This document shows positions 12,501 through 24,765 of a stretch of DNA of 64,000 bases, one piece after another. Where the stretch lies: the NCBI RefSeq assembly GCF_009914755.1, contig NC_060929.1; one strand, written 5' to 3'. The number at the start of each line of letters is the position of its first letter. The first letter of the stretch is position 1. Under the pieces are notes generated by a model. It had not been told where the DNA came from and searched no databases. It was given only the letters and a program-made list of their open reading frames with translations. The translations under genes and the position numbers were made by a program. Origin of the DNA: the human T2T-CHM13v2.0 reference genome, Homo sapiens.

Positions 12501-15158
12501 TTAAAATTCTATTTTGCCCCATGCATATGTTATATGTCCATATCCAAATTGTGAATAATGTATTCCAGTTATTATTCCGTCTTCAGGTATCAAACATTTA
12601 CTCTGGTAATACAGTACTTTACCATTCTCAGTTTCCATCCATTCCACTTGTTTGGAAAGGAAAAAAAAAAACTTAAAGTATATTTAAATCTTTTTTTTGG
12701 TGGTTGTTGTTGTTTGGTTTTATTTGTTTGACTGTTTATTTTGACTTATCAGACCCAATCACTATATTGAAACAGGTGGATTTTCTCATTAATATGATTG
12801 GAAAATGGGAAACAAACTTATTTGTTTCAGACAAGAGACTGAAAATCCTGTGATTATTTTGGAAACCGTAAAAATGTAAAAGCAACATCTGCCCCGCAGC
12901 AGAATGAAATCACTACTCAGTAACAAGTTCTCAAAGGAAGAATGGTTTGTAATGATTAAGGCCAGATTATTAATTAGAGAGAGAAATAGAGGCATTAGAA
13001 GATAATTTTCAAGGCACCTATTATGGAGGGAGATCTAGAATTACTTTCAAATTTTATTTTTGGAACATCAGTGAACCCTTACGTTTCTCTGTGAAACCCA
13101 AGAGGAATCTTGGAATCTGGTGATTTTTTTAAATTGCTGCTAGCGTCTTGGTAGGCCTATTAAGCTTTCTTCGTTAGGAAGGGGAGCATTAACAATAGTT
13201 TCCAGTTTCTTTCCTTTTCTTTGCCTTATTTTCCTGAACTTCTTTTGGAAGGTAAATGCTTAACACATCACGCTGTCATGTAGCAAATGTCGTAAGATCT
13301 ACAAAGCAAGTCTCTAAAGTAAGTAAAACACCAGCCAAATCTACACTGTCAGCAGCTTATCAAAAAGCTTTTTTTTGGGTGGAGGGCGGTGGCTGGTGGG
13401 AAGCGGTTGGTCTTGTTTTCCTCTACACTGTGTTTGGAAAGAGAGTTTTCCATTTGAAAGAGTAAATGAACGCTTGGATACCAATTGGTCGTCTCTATCA
13501 CATCCCTGCTGGATATGCACCCTCTCATTTTTCAATAGGGCAGCAAGGGCTCCGATTTCTCAGTCTTGGCAGAGATCCCCAAGGATTGAGTATGGCAAAA
13601 AGCTGACAAACCTTTGTTACACAGAGCTCTGGCCGTCGAAGGCAGGGCCAGCAATGGGGCAGATTCTTCCTCTCTTGCTCTTTCCCTGATCTTCCAGATA
13701 AATTGATTACTTTGATCCTTAATGCATTAAATCTGACACTTCTCAGCAATATTAAATTTGCTTCCTCTCCATTTTGTATATAGGGATGTTCATAGCAGTT
13801 GTCTGCTCATCAGAATAACAAATTCAAGATGGACGGTGAGCCTGTCCCTCTAGGTTTGTCCTGTGGGTATCAGTGGCCCAATGTGGAGACATGCGCATAT
13901 TTAACAGGAGACCTTTTAGTGGTGAAAGCAGCACGTCACAGACGAATACATTTTTTACAACATTAAATGACTAAAACTGTTTATTCTGTGAACATAATGG
14001 TTTTCTGTGTCTTCGGTTCATCTTAATCTGTTTTAGTGCCCAGCTTCTCTCAAAAACCTCTTTCAAATGCAGAGTTATTCATTTCAGAGAATAGCTGTAA
14101 GAGGAAGAAGAATAAAACAAAATTAGCAGTTGATCAAGAGTGCTTTAGGCTGCCACCCTTTCCATTAACAATTTGATTTGATGTGAGTGCAATGCTTTTC
14201 GTGATACATTATGATAGAATAACCCTGACAGAAAGTAAAACCAAAGAAAACTAAAACTTGATCTAAGATACAGCAGCCTGCTACCCCCTCTATTAGCATT
14301 TTAATTTGATGGGAACTGTGTGGTGTCTTAGTTTCAGTTCCCAGGAAAGGCTTTCTCATTTAAGAGTGCCTTAACCTTATCAAGTCATCCTGAGGTTTTT
14401 TAGAATTTACTTATTTATTTATTTTTCAAAGATTACTTCTGCTTTCCTGTTGGCCATGGAAGGGGTTTATCAGATATTGCTTTACAGTAGAAATCTAAGG
14501 CTGCCTCTTGATGACAAATTGTAAGTCTTCATCAGGACTAAAGGATGCAGTTACAGGAAAGAAAAATATATTCCTCTGATAATACCTTGGTTGGAGTGGC
14601 TTTCTGCGAAAAGAAATGAGTTAATTTCACAGCTTGCCGGGAGTAAAAGAAAAAAAAAGAAATGAGTTGATAGTCAATTTTTTTTCTTTTTTTAATTATC
14701 CATTGTCTTTAAAAGGAATAGAATAAAAAAGTAAAATCAAGTCTTAGGGAGACCAATTCATTCACTGTTTATTTAAGTTCCTATATTAGCTTTATGATGT
14801 TGAGTTCGAAAAAAATTAGATCTCCAAATGGACTTTTGCTCCACATGCCTGGGAATGAGGCTGAGACAGACTTTAATCCTAGCGCTTTCAAGTCTCTTCT
14901 TTCCCCTAGGAGCTTCCCAGAACTGGGTTGTATAGCACGGCTTCCTGTGTTCGATGTTGGGATTCAAGAACCAGTGGGTTTGATCCATCAAAGAGGAATG
15001 TTTTCCTCTTTTGAAATCATGACCAGAAAATAATATTCTCATATCTGGTTGGTTCATTAGCAACAGAGGCAAACAACACAAGTCCAGTTTGAACTCCTTA
15101 AAGATTACATTATCTTCCACAATGATTGTTTCAGCTTCTTTCCTTTATTTGCACTTTT

Positions 15159-15474
15159 ATTTAAAGAAATTATGTTCTTTTTTTTATAGAGACAGTATCT
15201 CACTCTGTTGCCCAGGCTGGAGTGCAGTGGTGCGCCCATAGATCACTGCAGCCTTTTGCTCCTGGGCTCAGGCAATCCTCTTGCCTCAGCCTTCTGAGTA
15301 GGTAAGACTGCAGGTGCACACCACCACACTTGGCTATTTTTTAAAAAATTGTTTGTAGAGATGGGGGTCTCGCTATGTTGCCCAGGCTGGTCTGGGACTC
15401 CTGGCTTCAAGTGGCCCTCCCACCTCAGCCTTCCAAAGTGCTAGGATTACAGGCATGAGCCACTGTGCCAGACC
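15159..15474 (-). mobile_element. AluJ, full length
   Basis: J-type diagnostics (cactgcagcc..ctcctgggctcaggcaatcctc; gctatgttgcccaggctgg) and a decayed tail; TSD ctttatttg(c/g)actttt. Confidence 0.95.
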
Positions 15475-16491
15475 TTTATTTGGACTTTTCAGTATCCACA
15501 AATGCTCAAAACATTTTCTATACTTTGATGTTTGGGAACAATGAGGATCTGAAATTTTGAGAACAACAAAAAAAGAATGTATATTCTTACTTCTTTGAAT
15601 TCCTTAAATTGCCACCAAATAAAGGTGGGGCTCTGGCTCACTCTATTTTTCTATTTTCCTAAGACTTTGTGTTAAAGCTTCTCTTCAAAATCGTTTCTCA
15701 TATGCATATTCCCTAAGACTCTTTTCACATCAAAGTTACACTTTGAAGCTTTCTAGCAAAGTAGCAGCTAGGCAATCTGTGACAACAGCAATAATTTATT
15801 TGCGTGGCTTTATCGGAGAAAAAGAATTTCTCCTTATTTAAATAGCAGTTGTAAAGCCTAATTAACTAAATTGATAGCTTTATGTATGTAAACTGCCATA
15901 ACAGAAGAATAGAGTATGCAAGCTGGGGTGGAGGGAGTGGGGCAGTCTGTCCTGGTAGAATAAGGACTTTATTAAGAGATCTGTATGCGCCCAGTGTCTT
16001 CTCAGGCCCATCCGTGGGGTTCTAATTTTTATCAGGGAGATCTGTATGGAAACAAGATCTTACACATTTAGAAGCTAATCCAGCCACAGTCTTAGGAGGA
16101 AGAGACCTGTTCATTATTTGGAGATACATTACTTTGATGCCTTTATATATAAGGTACGGTATTCCCTTTAAAAAAAAGATTCTGGAAAAGAAAAACAATC
16201 TCACCCAGTCATCCCGGAGACCAATAGCTGTGTACAAAAGGCCTCCAAAGTGCTTTTATGACCTTGTAAGTGCCTATGTGTCTGGTATACATATTAGAAA
16301 GCTCTAATAATTGCTGCTGTCTATGTAAAGCATAGCCATAAACAGATGCATTTAGCATAAATTTACTCAGATATATTGAAGTATTACATGATTAAATACA
16401 TTGTTTGTATAAGTTATATTAAAATGTGATTTTCATTTATAAAAAGCTTATTTAATACACTTTTATTTATATATTTATATTAAATGTTTGT

Positions 16492-16581
16492 TATTAGGTG
16501 GGACCAATTGAAATTTCTGGTGCTTGGTTCGCTATGTTTGACCTATAAAAACAGTCATTCCATGATGGAATATGCTAGATA
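16492..16581. mobile_element. MADE2 (mariner MITE)
   Basis: tattaggtgggaccaattgaaattt...tttgacctataaaaacagtcattccatgatgg matches the recalled MADE2 layout. Confidence 0.6.
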
Positions 16582-18061
16582 TAAAAGGAAATACCATTTA
16601 CAGTTGATACATACTCATTAAAATAGAATTTGGGTTAGTTTTTCTGGTGATTCTTCGTTTTGATCATGAATCCCATGAAAGCTATGGATCTCTCCTTAGA
16701 AAAATTCACAATGATATAAAATTTGGGATTCTATTTTAGGGTGTTCACAGCTTTCTGAGCAACAACGATACAAAGTGGATGCAATTCATCCATCGTCTCT
16801 GAAAAGTCTTCGACCATTGCATGAGATTGTAGAGGAAGACAGGCACAGGAAGACCAAACAGCGTGTAGAGGATACGAAGGTCTAGGAAAGATGGATGCAA
16901 GGACACACTACAGGGCTGGCACTCACAGGGATTTCTAAATGACCACTGTTGGGAGAAAAACTACAGGCTAGGGACATTAGAGTTTATTCTCTGGATAATT
17001 AATGGCTCCCATTGGCCTCTCTTGGCTTCTTTCTCTAAGGCCTGGGTTTTCTGCTGGGGAAGAAGGCAAGAGCAATTGCTCTTTCATGCCCCTAAACTGT
17101 AGACCTTCGACTGAATTTCATCTCTGTCCTAATCCTCCCATTTTTCCCAATGTGTTATTTGGTCTCTGAGACCATTTCCTTGGCAATCAGAGTAAAGGAT
17201 GGGCACGGACCTAAATAAAGGGCCTTAGGAAAAGCCTAGGAAAGAATGCCGAGTGCCTGAGATAAAAATCTTTGTTGTGAGTGTGAGTTTACCTTGGAAG
17301 AATAAATAGCGTAATGGGCTCTTTGAGCTGAGGCCGCTCTTACAGACCGCCCATCTTCATTCACCTCTTTGAAATGCATGGTGACAACACATTGATATTG
17401 CTGAGGTTAATGACTGACTGATTAACAACAGAGAGCACATTTGCAGGCAAATGAGCTGTAATAATTGTTGCAGGAACTCCTTTGAAGAAAATGTTTTCAA
17501 TAGGCTTCTAAGGGCTCTCGAGATGGTTTTTCACTCTGTTCAGACTAGCCGCTCCCTATTTGTTTTGTTTTTGTTTTTGTTTTTTACCTTCGGTGCTCTC
17601 TCTCAGGATGCGGAGGAGAAAACTCCACCAAGGTTATCCCAAATAACTTAAAAAGCGAGTGAAGTTGGTCATCCGTATGAAGTATTTCAGACACTAGTCT
17701 CGTTAATTGGGTGGAATTTACACTTTTAGCTGCTTTGATCTGTAGTCCAGGTTTGCTAATTTAGAAGACGTAAGTTAGAACTTAAACTTCAGAAAGTCTC
17801 AATGCGCGTATGTTCCTGCGCTTTTAGAAAGAGTGTATTTGTTCAAAAAAGTAAAGGTGGAGTTATTGTGTTGTTTTTATCTGTAGATATCAAATGCATA
17901 GAGCGACAAAAAGGAGTTATCTCTCAGCTTTTTAGAAACCTGTGTACCAGTTTGATCACTGGAAGTACTTAATCCCTATTATCTCCAAACCCCATCAATT
18001 TAAGAATGATTCTCCTGCTCCTCTTAGGAATCACAACTTTGATTATGTTTAATTGCCAATG

Positions 18062-18252
18062 CAGTGGTGACGCTCAAGATTTAGCATGCATCAAAATCAC
18101 CTAGAGGGTTCTAAAAATAAAAAGGCTTTAGGATCCGAACCCTGGAGTTTCTGCTTCATTAGGTCTGGAGAGGGGTTCAAGGATTTGTGTTTCTAACAAG
18201 CAAAAGCTAATGCAGATGCTGCTTGTCCTGGGAGCATGCTTTAAGAACCATT
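18062..18252. mobile_element. MER5A
   Basis: cagtggt...ttagcatgcatcaaaatcacctagaggg...gtttctaacaag...gatgctgcttgtcctggg..tttaagaacca. Confidence 0.85.
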
Positions 18253-18684
18253 TTTCTAGATATGTGGTCAAAATTGGGTGCCTCATGGGCTAGAGAGATG
18301 CCCACTGCTGGTCGTAACCTCTCTCATCCTTTAACCCACTATTCTAACCCCACCCACACACACAGACACGGTAGAGTCTACTGCCTACAGAAAAACAACC
18401 AACTACCAGCCAATCACCCTGGTATTCTTGTGAGGTTCTACAGTTTTCCTTTTATTTTTGCTTTTATTGATTTACTTAGTCAACATACATTTATTCAAAA
18501 CCTCCTGGGCCTAGGTACTAAGCTAAGGTCCAGGAGTTACAAAAGTGACCCTGCCATCTGGGAAAGGCAATACATTAATGTGGCACAGAAGAATCAAATC
18601 ATTACAGTACCAGGAGGATGGGGGTATAGGATCAGATTTCACTCATCCACCTACTATTTCCGCGTACTTTTAATTACTTCACTT

Positions 18685-19050
18685 TAAAAAATGTATTCAA
18701 CGCATTTTAAAGCTCGTCATTGTATCATGACCACAAAAGTTGAAATCAGTACTTGTTATGAATAGAAGGTAACCAATAAATGAATAGAGACATCTGCAAC
18801 AAAACAAATCCATGAAATTCTAGCTAGACCCTGTTACCTGCAGGATGCTGTGTGCCTGAGGCCTTATTGGTTTAAAAAAAGAAAAAAAGGAGGGTCAGGG
18901 GACTGAGAAAATGTTAGAGAGATATTACAGACATTGTAGCAACAAATGGAGATGTTTTCTTTGATCTTATCAGAATTGTTGAAAAGAACACTTCTCATGA
19001 TGTAATTCATTGTTATTTATTGCTGTGTCAAATGCGCTATCTATACCTAT
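18685..19050. mobile_element. Probable hAT-Charlie internal fragment
   Basis: gaatagaaggtaaccaataaa...aaattctagctagac...gttagagagatattacagaca resembles Charlie-derived MERs. Confidence 0.45.
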
Positions 19051-20089
19051 TGTAGGGAAACTAGTGTGATTTGTCTCCCTCTTTCAGGAAAAAAAATAAA
19101 AAATAAAAAAAATAAAACAGCTAGAAAGAGCAGGAAAATTCAAGAAAACTGGGGTTGATGGACAAGAGTGATAGTTTTAGTCACCAAGAGAACCTGAGAC
19201 AGCCAGGGTGACAAGAGAGCGTCTGACATGGTGAGCAGGACTGGGAGATGGGCTTGTAGTATGAACCATACCTTCTTCAGAGAGTCACCCCAGGTCATCT
19301 GCCTTGCCTCAGCTCTGAGTAGTACATCGAATCTAATGTTCTTAACACAGTAATGGCCAGCATCTCATAGCACAATTTAGCAAGTATTTCAAAAGACATT
19401 TTCATTGCCCGGAATATCTGTCTGTCTCACTAGGACATGAAAATGCAGTCAGAACAGCAATATTAGGGTATATATTTTATTAGAAGACTGTTTCTATGAT
19501 TTATGCTTCTGATGTAGGAATTGCAGAATATTGTTTCATGTCACAAAGCACCATGGATTGCAGCTATCACCTTTGCTAGGCAGAAAAGTAAAGAAATCAA
19601 CTGTTTTTTGTTTTTGTTTTTCTTGGCCATTGAGCTTGTGAGTCACTGTGGACATCTCTGTTACCATTGGGATGAAAATCACAAGTCTAGCATAAAATGA
19701 GATTTGACTTCAATATGGGAAGAGTGATAACTGACAAATAATAACATATCACCCTGCCTCTAACACCGTGCATACAGCTTAAATCTATGTTTATTGGAGT
19801 AAAATAATGATAAAACTAATTAAAACTCTTATTTTTGCATTAATTTTTTTCTAACTTTGGTACACATGATCTGAACTTATTCTTTTTTTCCCCTAGAAAT
19901 ACAGATAAATCAATTTATTCTTAAGCTCATTTAACAAATAATGAAACTTTGTGCCAGAGGATAACTCAACATATACAGGTCACTCTTTCAACAGATGGCA
20001 TAGTCACTACTAGAAGCCAATTCTGATTTTCAGTCCCTGCCCAATGATAACTAGTAGTAATAACAGTAGTCTTGGTAATAAACATAACA

Positions 20090-20310
20090 ATAATAATGGA
20101 TGACACTTATTGCATGCTAATTAGGAACTAACATTTTTATATGAATTATCTTATTTCATTCTTACAACAATTTATGGATCAAGTATTATTATTAGTCTCC
20201 TAATTTTACAGATGAGACAATTAAGGCTCAGAGAATTTAAATCATTTGCCCATTGTTAAATAGCTAATAAATGCCAGAGCTGTGTCAATAAACCACAGTC
20301 ATTTTAACTC
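20090..20310 (-). mobile_element. MIR
   Basis: ttatcttatttcattcttacaacaa...ttttacagatgagacaattaaggctcagagaatttaaatcatttgccc. Confidence 0.85.
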
Positions 20311-20829
20311 TGTGAACTTTGAGATTCTGATGTCTCTGTCCTCAAATGATAACAAATATATTTTTAAAGGATATCTAATTCTTGAAGACAGATATTGTTA
20401 AGGAACAAGTATTAGCTGTTAATGTTCATTTGTACCCCGAGAACCAAAACACTAAAGTGATCTCCCAATCATCTGAGACATTATCCTCAGTCCTCACCTC
20501 CCCATCACGTAACCAGGAATGCATTATGCGTTAACTCCTCTCATTAAATAAATTTCTGCTGGGGGTTAATAGCAGTGCTGTAATGGCTTTATATCATTAT
20601 TTGCAGGCAATATTTATATATAGAACTGTTCCTTTCCTGGATCCCAAGGCCAACAGCTTCAGGGATTCGTAGCCTGCTGGTGGGGAACAGGGACTTGTAT
20701 TCCCCAAGTTGCTTCCTGGGAAGTCAGTCCAAAAATGTAGACAGATTATGAACCTCCTATCTACCATAGGATGCCCAAACCACTGAAGAGCCCTACAAAA
20801 CCTACCATTTCCTTGGTTTCAAAGTATAG

Positions 20830-21595
20830 TAATTATGTAATTTTCTTTTTAATGTTAATTTTAAGTAACCAACTCCTAAATGAGAGTGTTACCTATGGAT
20901 AATATTAAAATTAAAAAATAAAAAATAGAGATGAGGGTGACACCTCCACAATTCCATTCTTTTGGAGACCATCGTGGTTTCGACTCTGGAGTGTGCGCAC
21001 GTTCATGAGTGTATGTGTACCCGCCGCGTACCTCTGTGTGTTTTATTTCCCCCGGGCCATTTTCTAGTCATTTACATGAATCTATTCCTTAGAAAATATA
21101 TAGTATTGTTTTCTGTTATTTTCACATGAATTATGTCATAGGAGATAGTGCGCATCACTCTTTCATGCTATTTTTCCTATTCCAAGTGATTTAAAGAGCT
21201 TTTGATGAATGCAGTTTTTACGCCATTCTTTTAACTACCACCTGGCCTTCCTTAATATGAATACACTATCATGTAGCCATTCTCCTGTTGATAAATATTA
21301 GGGCAGCTTGGAGTTTTTTGCTGTTGTATACAATGTTGCAGTCAGCCTCCTTGCCCAACAAGGCATCCATATAAGCAAAATTTGTTATCCATATAAGCAA
21401 AATTTTTTCTAGGAACAATAGAGATGAGTAGAATTCTGCATTAGGACATGCAGATTTGAAATTTCAATAGCTAGTATCTAATTGCTTCTCAATAGGTGGT
21501 TCCAATTTACACTCCTACTAGCCACATAAAAGATGGGCTATTTCCATACCCTTAGAGGCATGTAATATTTTTAAACATCTTCTGCCTTCTTGTGA
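20830..21595 (-). mobile_element. L1ME-type LINE 3' fragment
   Basis: ccattctcctgttgataaatattagg, ttttttgctgttgtatacaatgttgca, ggttccaatttacactccta (antisense L1 3' region). Confidence 0.75.
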
Positions 21596-23234
21596 ATATT
21601 CAGAAGGGAGGGAGGTAGGGCTAGCACAAGATTAAATGTACTAGTGTCATCCAAATTACCTGTATAAGGGCTGTGATTCAGAAAGGATGAGGCTGGGTTT
21701 GCCTGAAATGTAACCCTTTTAACTTCGTTATTTAGCATATTTTAGATTCTTCACCTCACTCACCAGAGTCCTTTCTCATTTATTTCTGCTCGCTCTTACA
21801 CTAACATCTTGGTGTAAAAAAAAAAATATATATATATATTTCCAGGAAATGGGGGAACCTGATGGCACAATGATGCAATTAAAAGGCTAGAGACAGCATT
21901 CAGGAATGTGTATTGCTAAGGGAGATGTACTACATTTCAGTATATTTAAAAGTGGATTTTTTTTTCTTGCCCTGGAAAATACGATCAAAAGAGTTGTACC
22001 CACCCTACCCAGTTCCCCGCCCCAACCTCAGGCAGTGCCTAAGGAATTAATGGCCCGCTGAGGTTAATGAGTCCCTCCTCTGGGCCATCAACTCTCCCAG
22101 CTGGCCATTAATCCCCTAGAAATGTCCCCTGCCTTGGTAGTTACTCCTTAATTATGGAAGCCATTAAGAATCAAGAGAGAATCCTAGGCAAAAGGAAAAG
22201 AAAAGGCCATTTTTCATTGGTGCTCAGCATGGGACACCTCAAGTCCAGGTGGCACCAAGAAACACAACGCGACTGCGATTAAACCAACTGCTTCCAAGAA
22301 GGAGTCATCAATCTCTATTTTCTCCTTTGATCATCCAAATTCAAGGAGACTATTCAAGGCTACTCCAGGTCTGAGACCAAGTAAATAACTTGTGTCCAAT
22401 GAATTCTTGATTAAAATGTCTGAAGACCAATACCTTGGATGCATTCAGGCCAGACGTAACTTTATCTTCATGTCTGTGGGGAGTAAGCGCATGTCTATGC
22501 CGTTTGATTTTTTAAGGGAGTCTAAGACTTCTCCCATTCCTCCAGCTATTTATCCTGACTTACCAGTGTCCAAAGCTAACCTGTTAATCATTCCCTTGGG
22601 TCACAACAGTGGATTTTTAAATGGATTACTTACTACTGGAATTGTTTTTCCATGTGTCTTATTAATTTTTTTTTCAGCTGATAGGATTGAAAGCACTAGC
22701 CTCTACTATTATGTTAACCAAAGCAGCAATGTTTTCATCCAGTTTTTATTTTGGAATTTCCATGTCTACGAATATTGAAACTTGTTAGATGAAAGTACTG
22801 AAGTTTAATGTTAAAATGCAGGTTTTGGCAAAGGCTGCATTAAGTTAGCCCCTAACCTAGTCCAAAAGGGAAATGGTTTGAATGAATAGACCCTTTGTCT
22901 CTTTGTCTAACACTACAGCCACAGTAGAATCTTTATGGCCTATGTTTGCTATGAGACCAAGGGAGAAGTATTTAAAGGGTGAGGTGCTTGGGTGAGCAGT
23001 CAGGTGATGCTGTAGTGGTACTAGGTGAGAGTGAGCATTTGGAGAGTTGCCCAGAGAAAACCCAAAGCAAACTTTATCTACTTGAAATTTTTGTTCTAGG
23101 GCAAATCTTACCAAGACATGTCTCACTATTCTTTTTTTTTCTAGCATGAAGGTAGCATTAGATTAGGTTAAGTCTGATATTATATGACACAATAAACCAA
23201 CCTCTAAAAGAGATGAAGCAGTTTACCAAGTCAC

Positions 23235-23390
23235 ATACAGAGCTTTGAAGTCAGAGAGACTGGGTCTGAGTCCTGATTCAGCCACTACTTGTTGATAGTC
23301 CTCTGGGAAATTGCCTCAACTCTCTGGGGAAAAATAATGCCTCCTTCATGTTATTGTGAAGCTAAAGCAAAATGATGCCTATAAATAACT
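23235..23390 (+). mobile_element. MIR
   Basis: gctttgaagtcagagagactgggtctgagtcctgattcagccactactt...ttattgtgaagctaaa. Confidence 0.8.
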
Positions 23391-23401
23391 GTTGATAGTT
23401 C

Positions 23402-23455
23402 TTTTTTAAATTTTTGTGGGTATATAGTAGGTATGTATATTTATGGGATATATGT
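23402..23455 (-). mobile_element. Tiny 5'-truncated L1 (L1PB/L1MA-type 3' terminus)
   Basis: tttttgtgggtatatagtaggtatgtatatttatggg, flanked by tgttgatagttctt / tgttaacagttctt. Confidence 0.75.
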
Positions 23456-24249
23456 GTTAACAGTTCTTCATAATGTTCAATATATGAGATTTACATAAAT
23501 ACATACAGTTATATGTGTGTATATGTTATATATACATTAATATCCCAGTATATTTAATGAAAAATAGCAATCATATTAAAGAAATACTGGAGTCAATATT
23601 ACTTATTTTACTTTTTTTCTAAATCTAATCTGTCATAAAATCTACTTTGTGCCTGTGTGTTTGGGTGTGTGTGGGTGAGATTGCTGCCCCCGCTTCCCCC
23701 AGTGAAATTTCTCAAATCATTTGCTCCTCTAGCTTCTCTACTTGGACCCCTCAGCAGCCTGGTCGAAGCTCTTAACACTCATTCCTATTCCACTGTCACC
23801 CATCTTTAAGTGACCTCCTGGCTCCCTATATCTCTCTCCTTCGAGGCTTCCTCCTGAATATTGGGGTGGAGCTTTGTAACATACCAGGAAGAATCTAGAT
23901 TTTTTTTCTTTATTGCTTGTCCAAATCCTCCACATCTTAGAAGATTTCACACTAATCCCATCTCTTTCTTGCAGTTGTTCCAAAGCACCCTGCCATCTTT
24001 GGCTGTAGTCTCATAAGCCTGAATTATTTACATCACTCATCTCTCATTCAGTTGGAATGTTACTTTGCTTTCTTTCTTTTATTTTTTTCTTTTTTTATTT
24101 TCTGCCTTTTTATTTTTGGAAGGGTGGTGGTATGTGTGACAAACCTTGACTCCCACTCATCTCGCACATTCAATGGCAATTGTTTATGTTTTTAATTCAT
24201 TGACAGTACAAGTATTCTTTTTAGCATGTCTTTCATTTTCCAGGCAACC

Positions 24250-24765
24250 CACTTGTCCCCAGGAATAAAACACTTTAAAAGAAAGGCGTGGTCCTTCTTT
24301 CATGAAGTTTATGGGTGCAGAGGGAGATAGACGGATGTCAATGAAGTAATCATTCCATGTTTACACAAGTATAATTTGCAAAAAGAACATATGAGAAAGG
24401 AATCTGATCTAGACTTGAGGATTAAAGAAAGCTTCCCTGAAGAGATGGGTGAGGAGTTACCTGATTAGGAGTTAACAACTGGGGGGCCAGATGATAAGAG
24501 TATTCCATACAAAGGGAATAGAGATATCACGGGCCAACGGCAAGAGGGAATTTGAACCTTGGAGTGTAGATTGGAGAAGATGGGAAGATCAATGGACTTT
24601 GAGCCTGGGAACAAGGGAGAAAAGTTGGAAAATAAAACTGGAGAGAATGGTAACCTTATTAAGGTGTCTGCTCTTTCTCTTGGAAAAATGATGTACATTT
24701 ATTGTCTCCTGAGGGTTCCACACCTTCTGATATTCAGTAAATATATTTTTAATGAGTGAATTAAT
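24250..24765. mobile_element. L2 fragments
   Basis: ggtccttctttcatgaagtttatggg..., aaagcttccctgaagag (antisense L2), then a sense tail tcagtaaatatattttaatgagtgaattaatgaa. Confidence 0.65.

Noticed and set aside
16740-16884. Charged open frame (CSQLSEQQRYKVDAIHPSS...) after a ttttag acceptor-like site
   Set aside because: The acceptor lies in probable DNA-transposon sequence, the donor is poor, and no protein family is recognisable.
22240-22260. CTCF-like ccaggtggcacc
   Set aside because: Only the 3' half of the motif matches; too weak without ChIP data.
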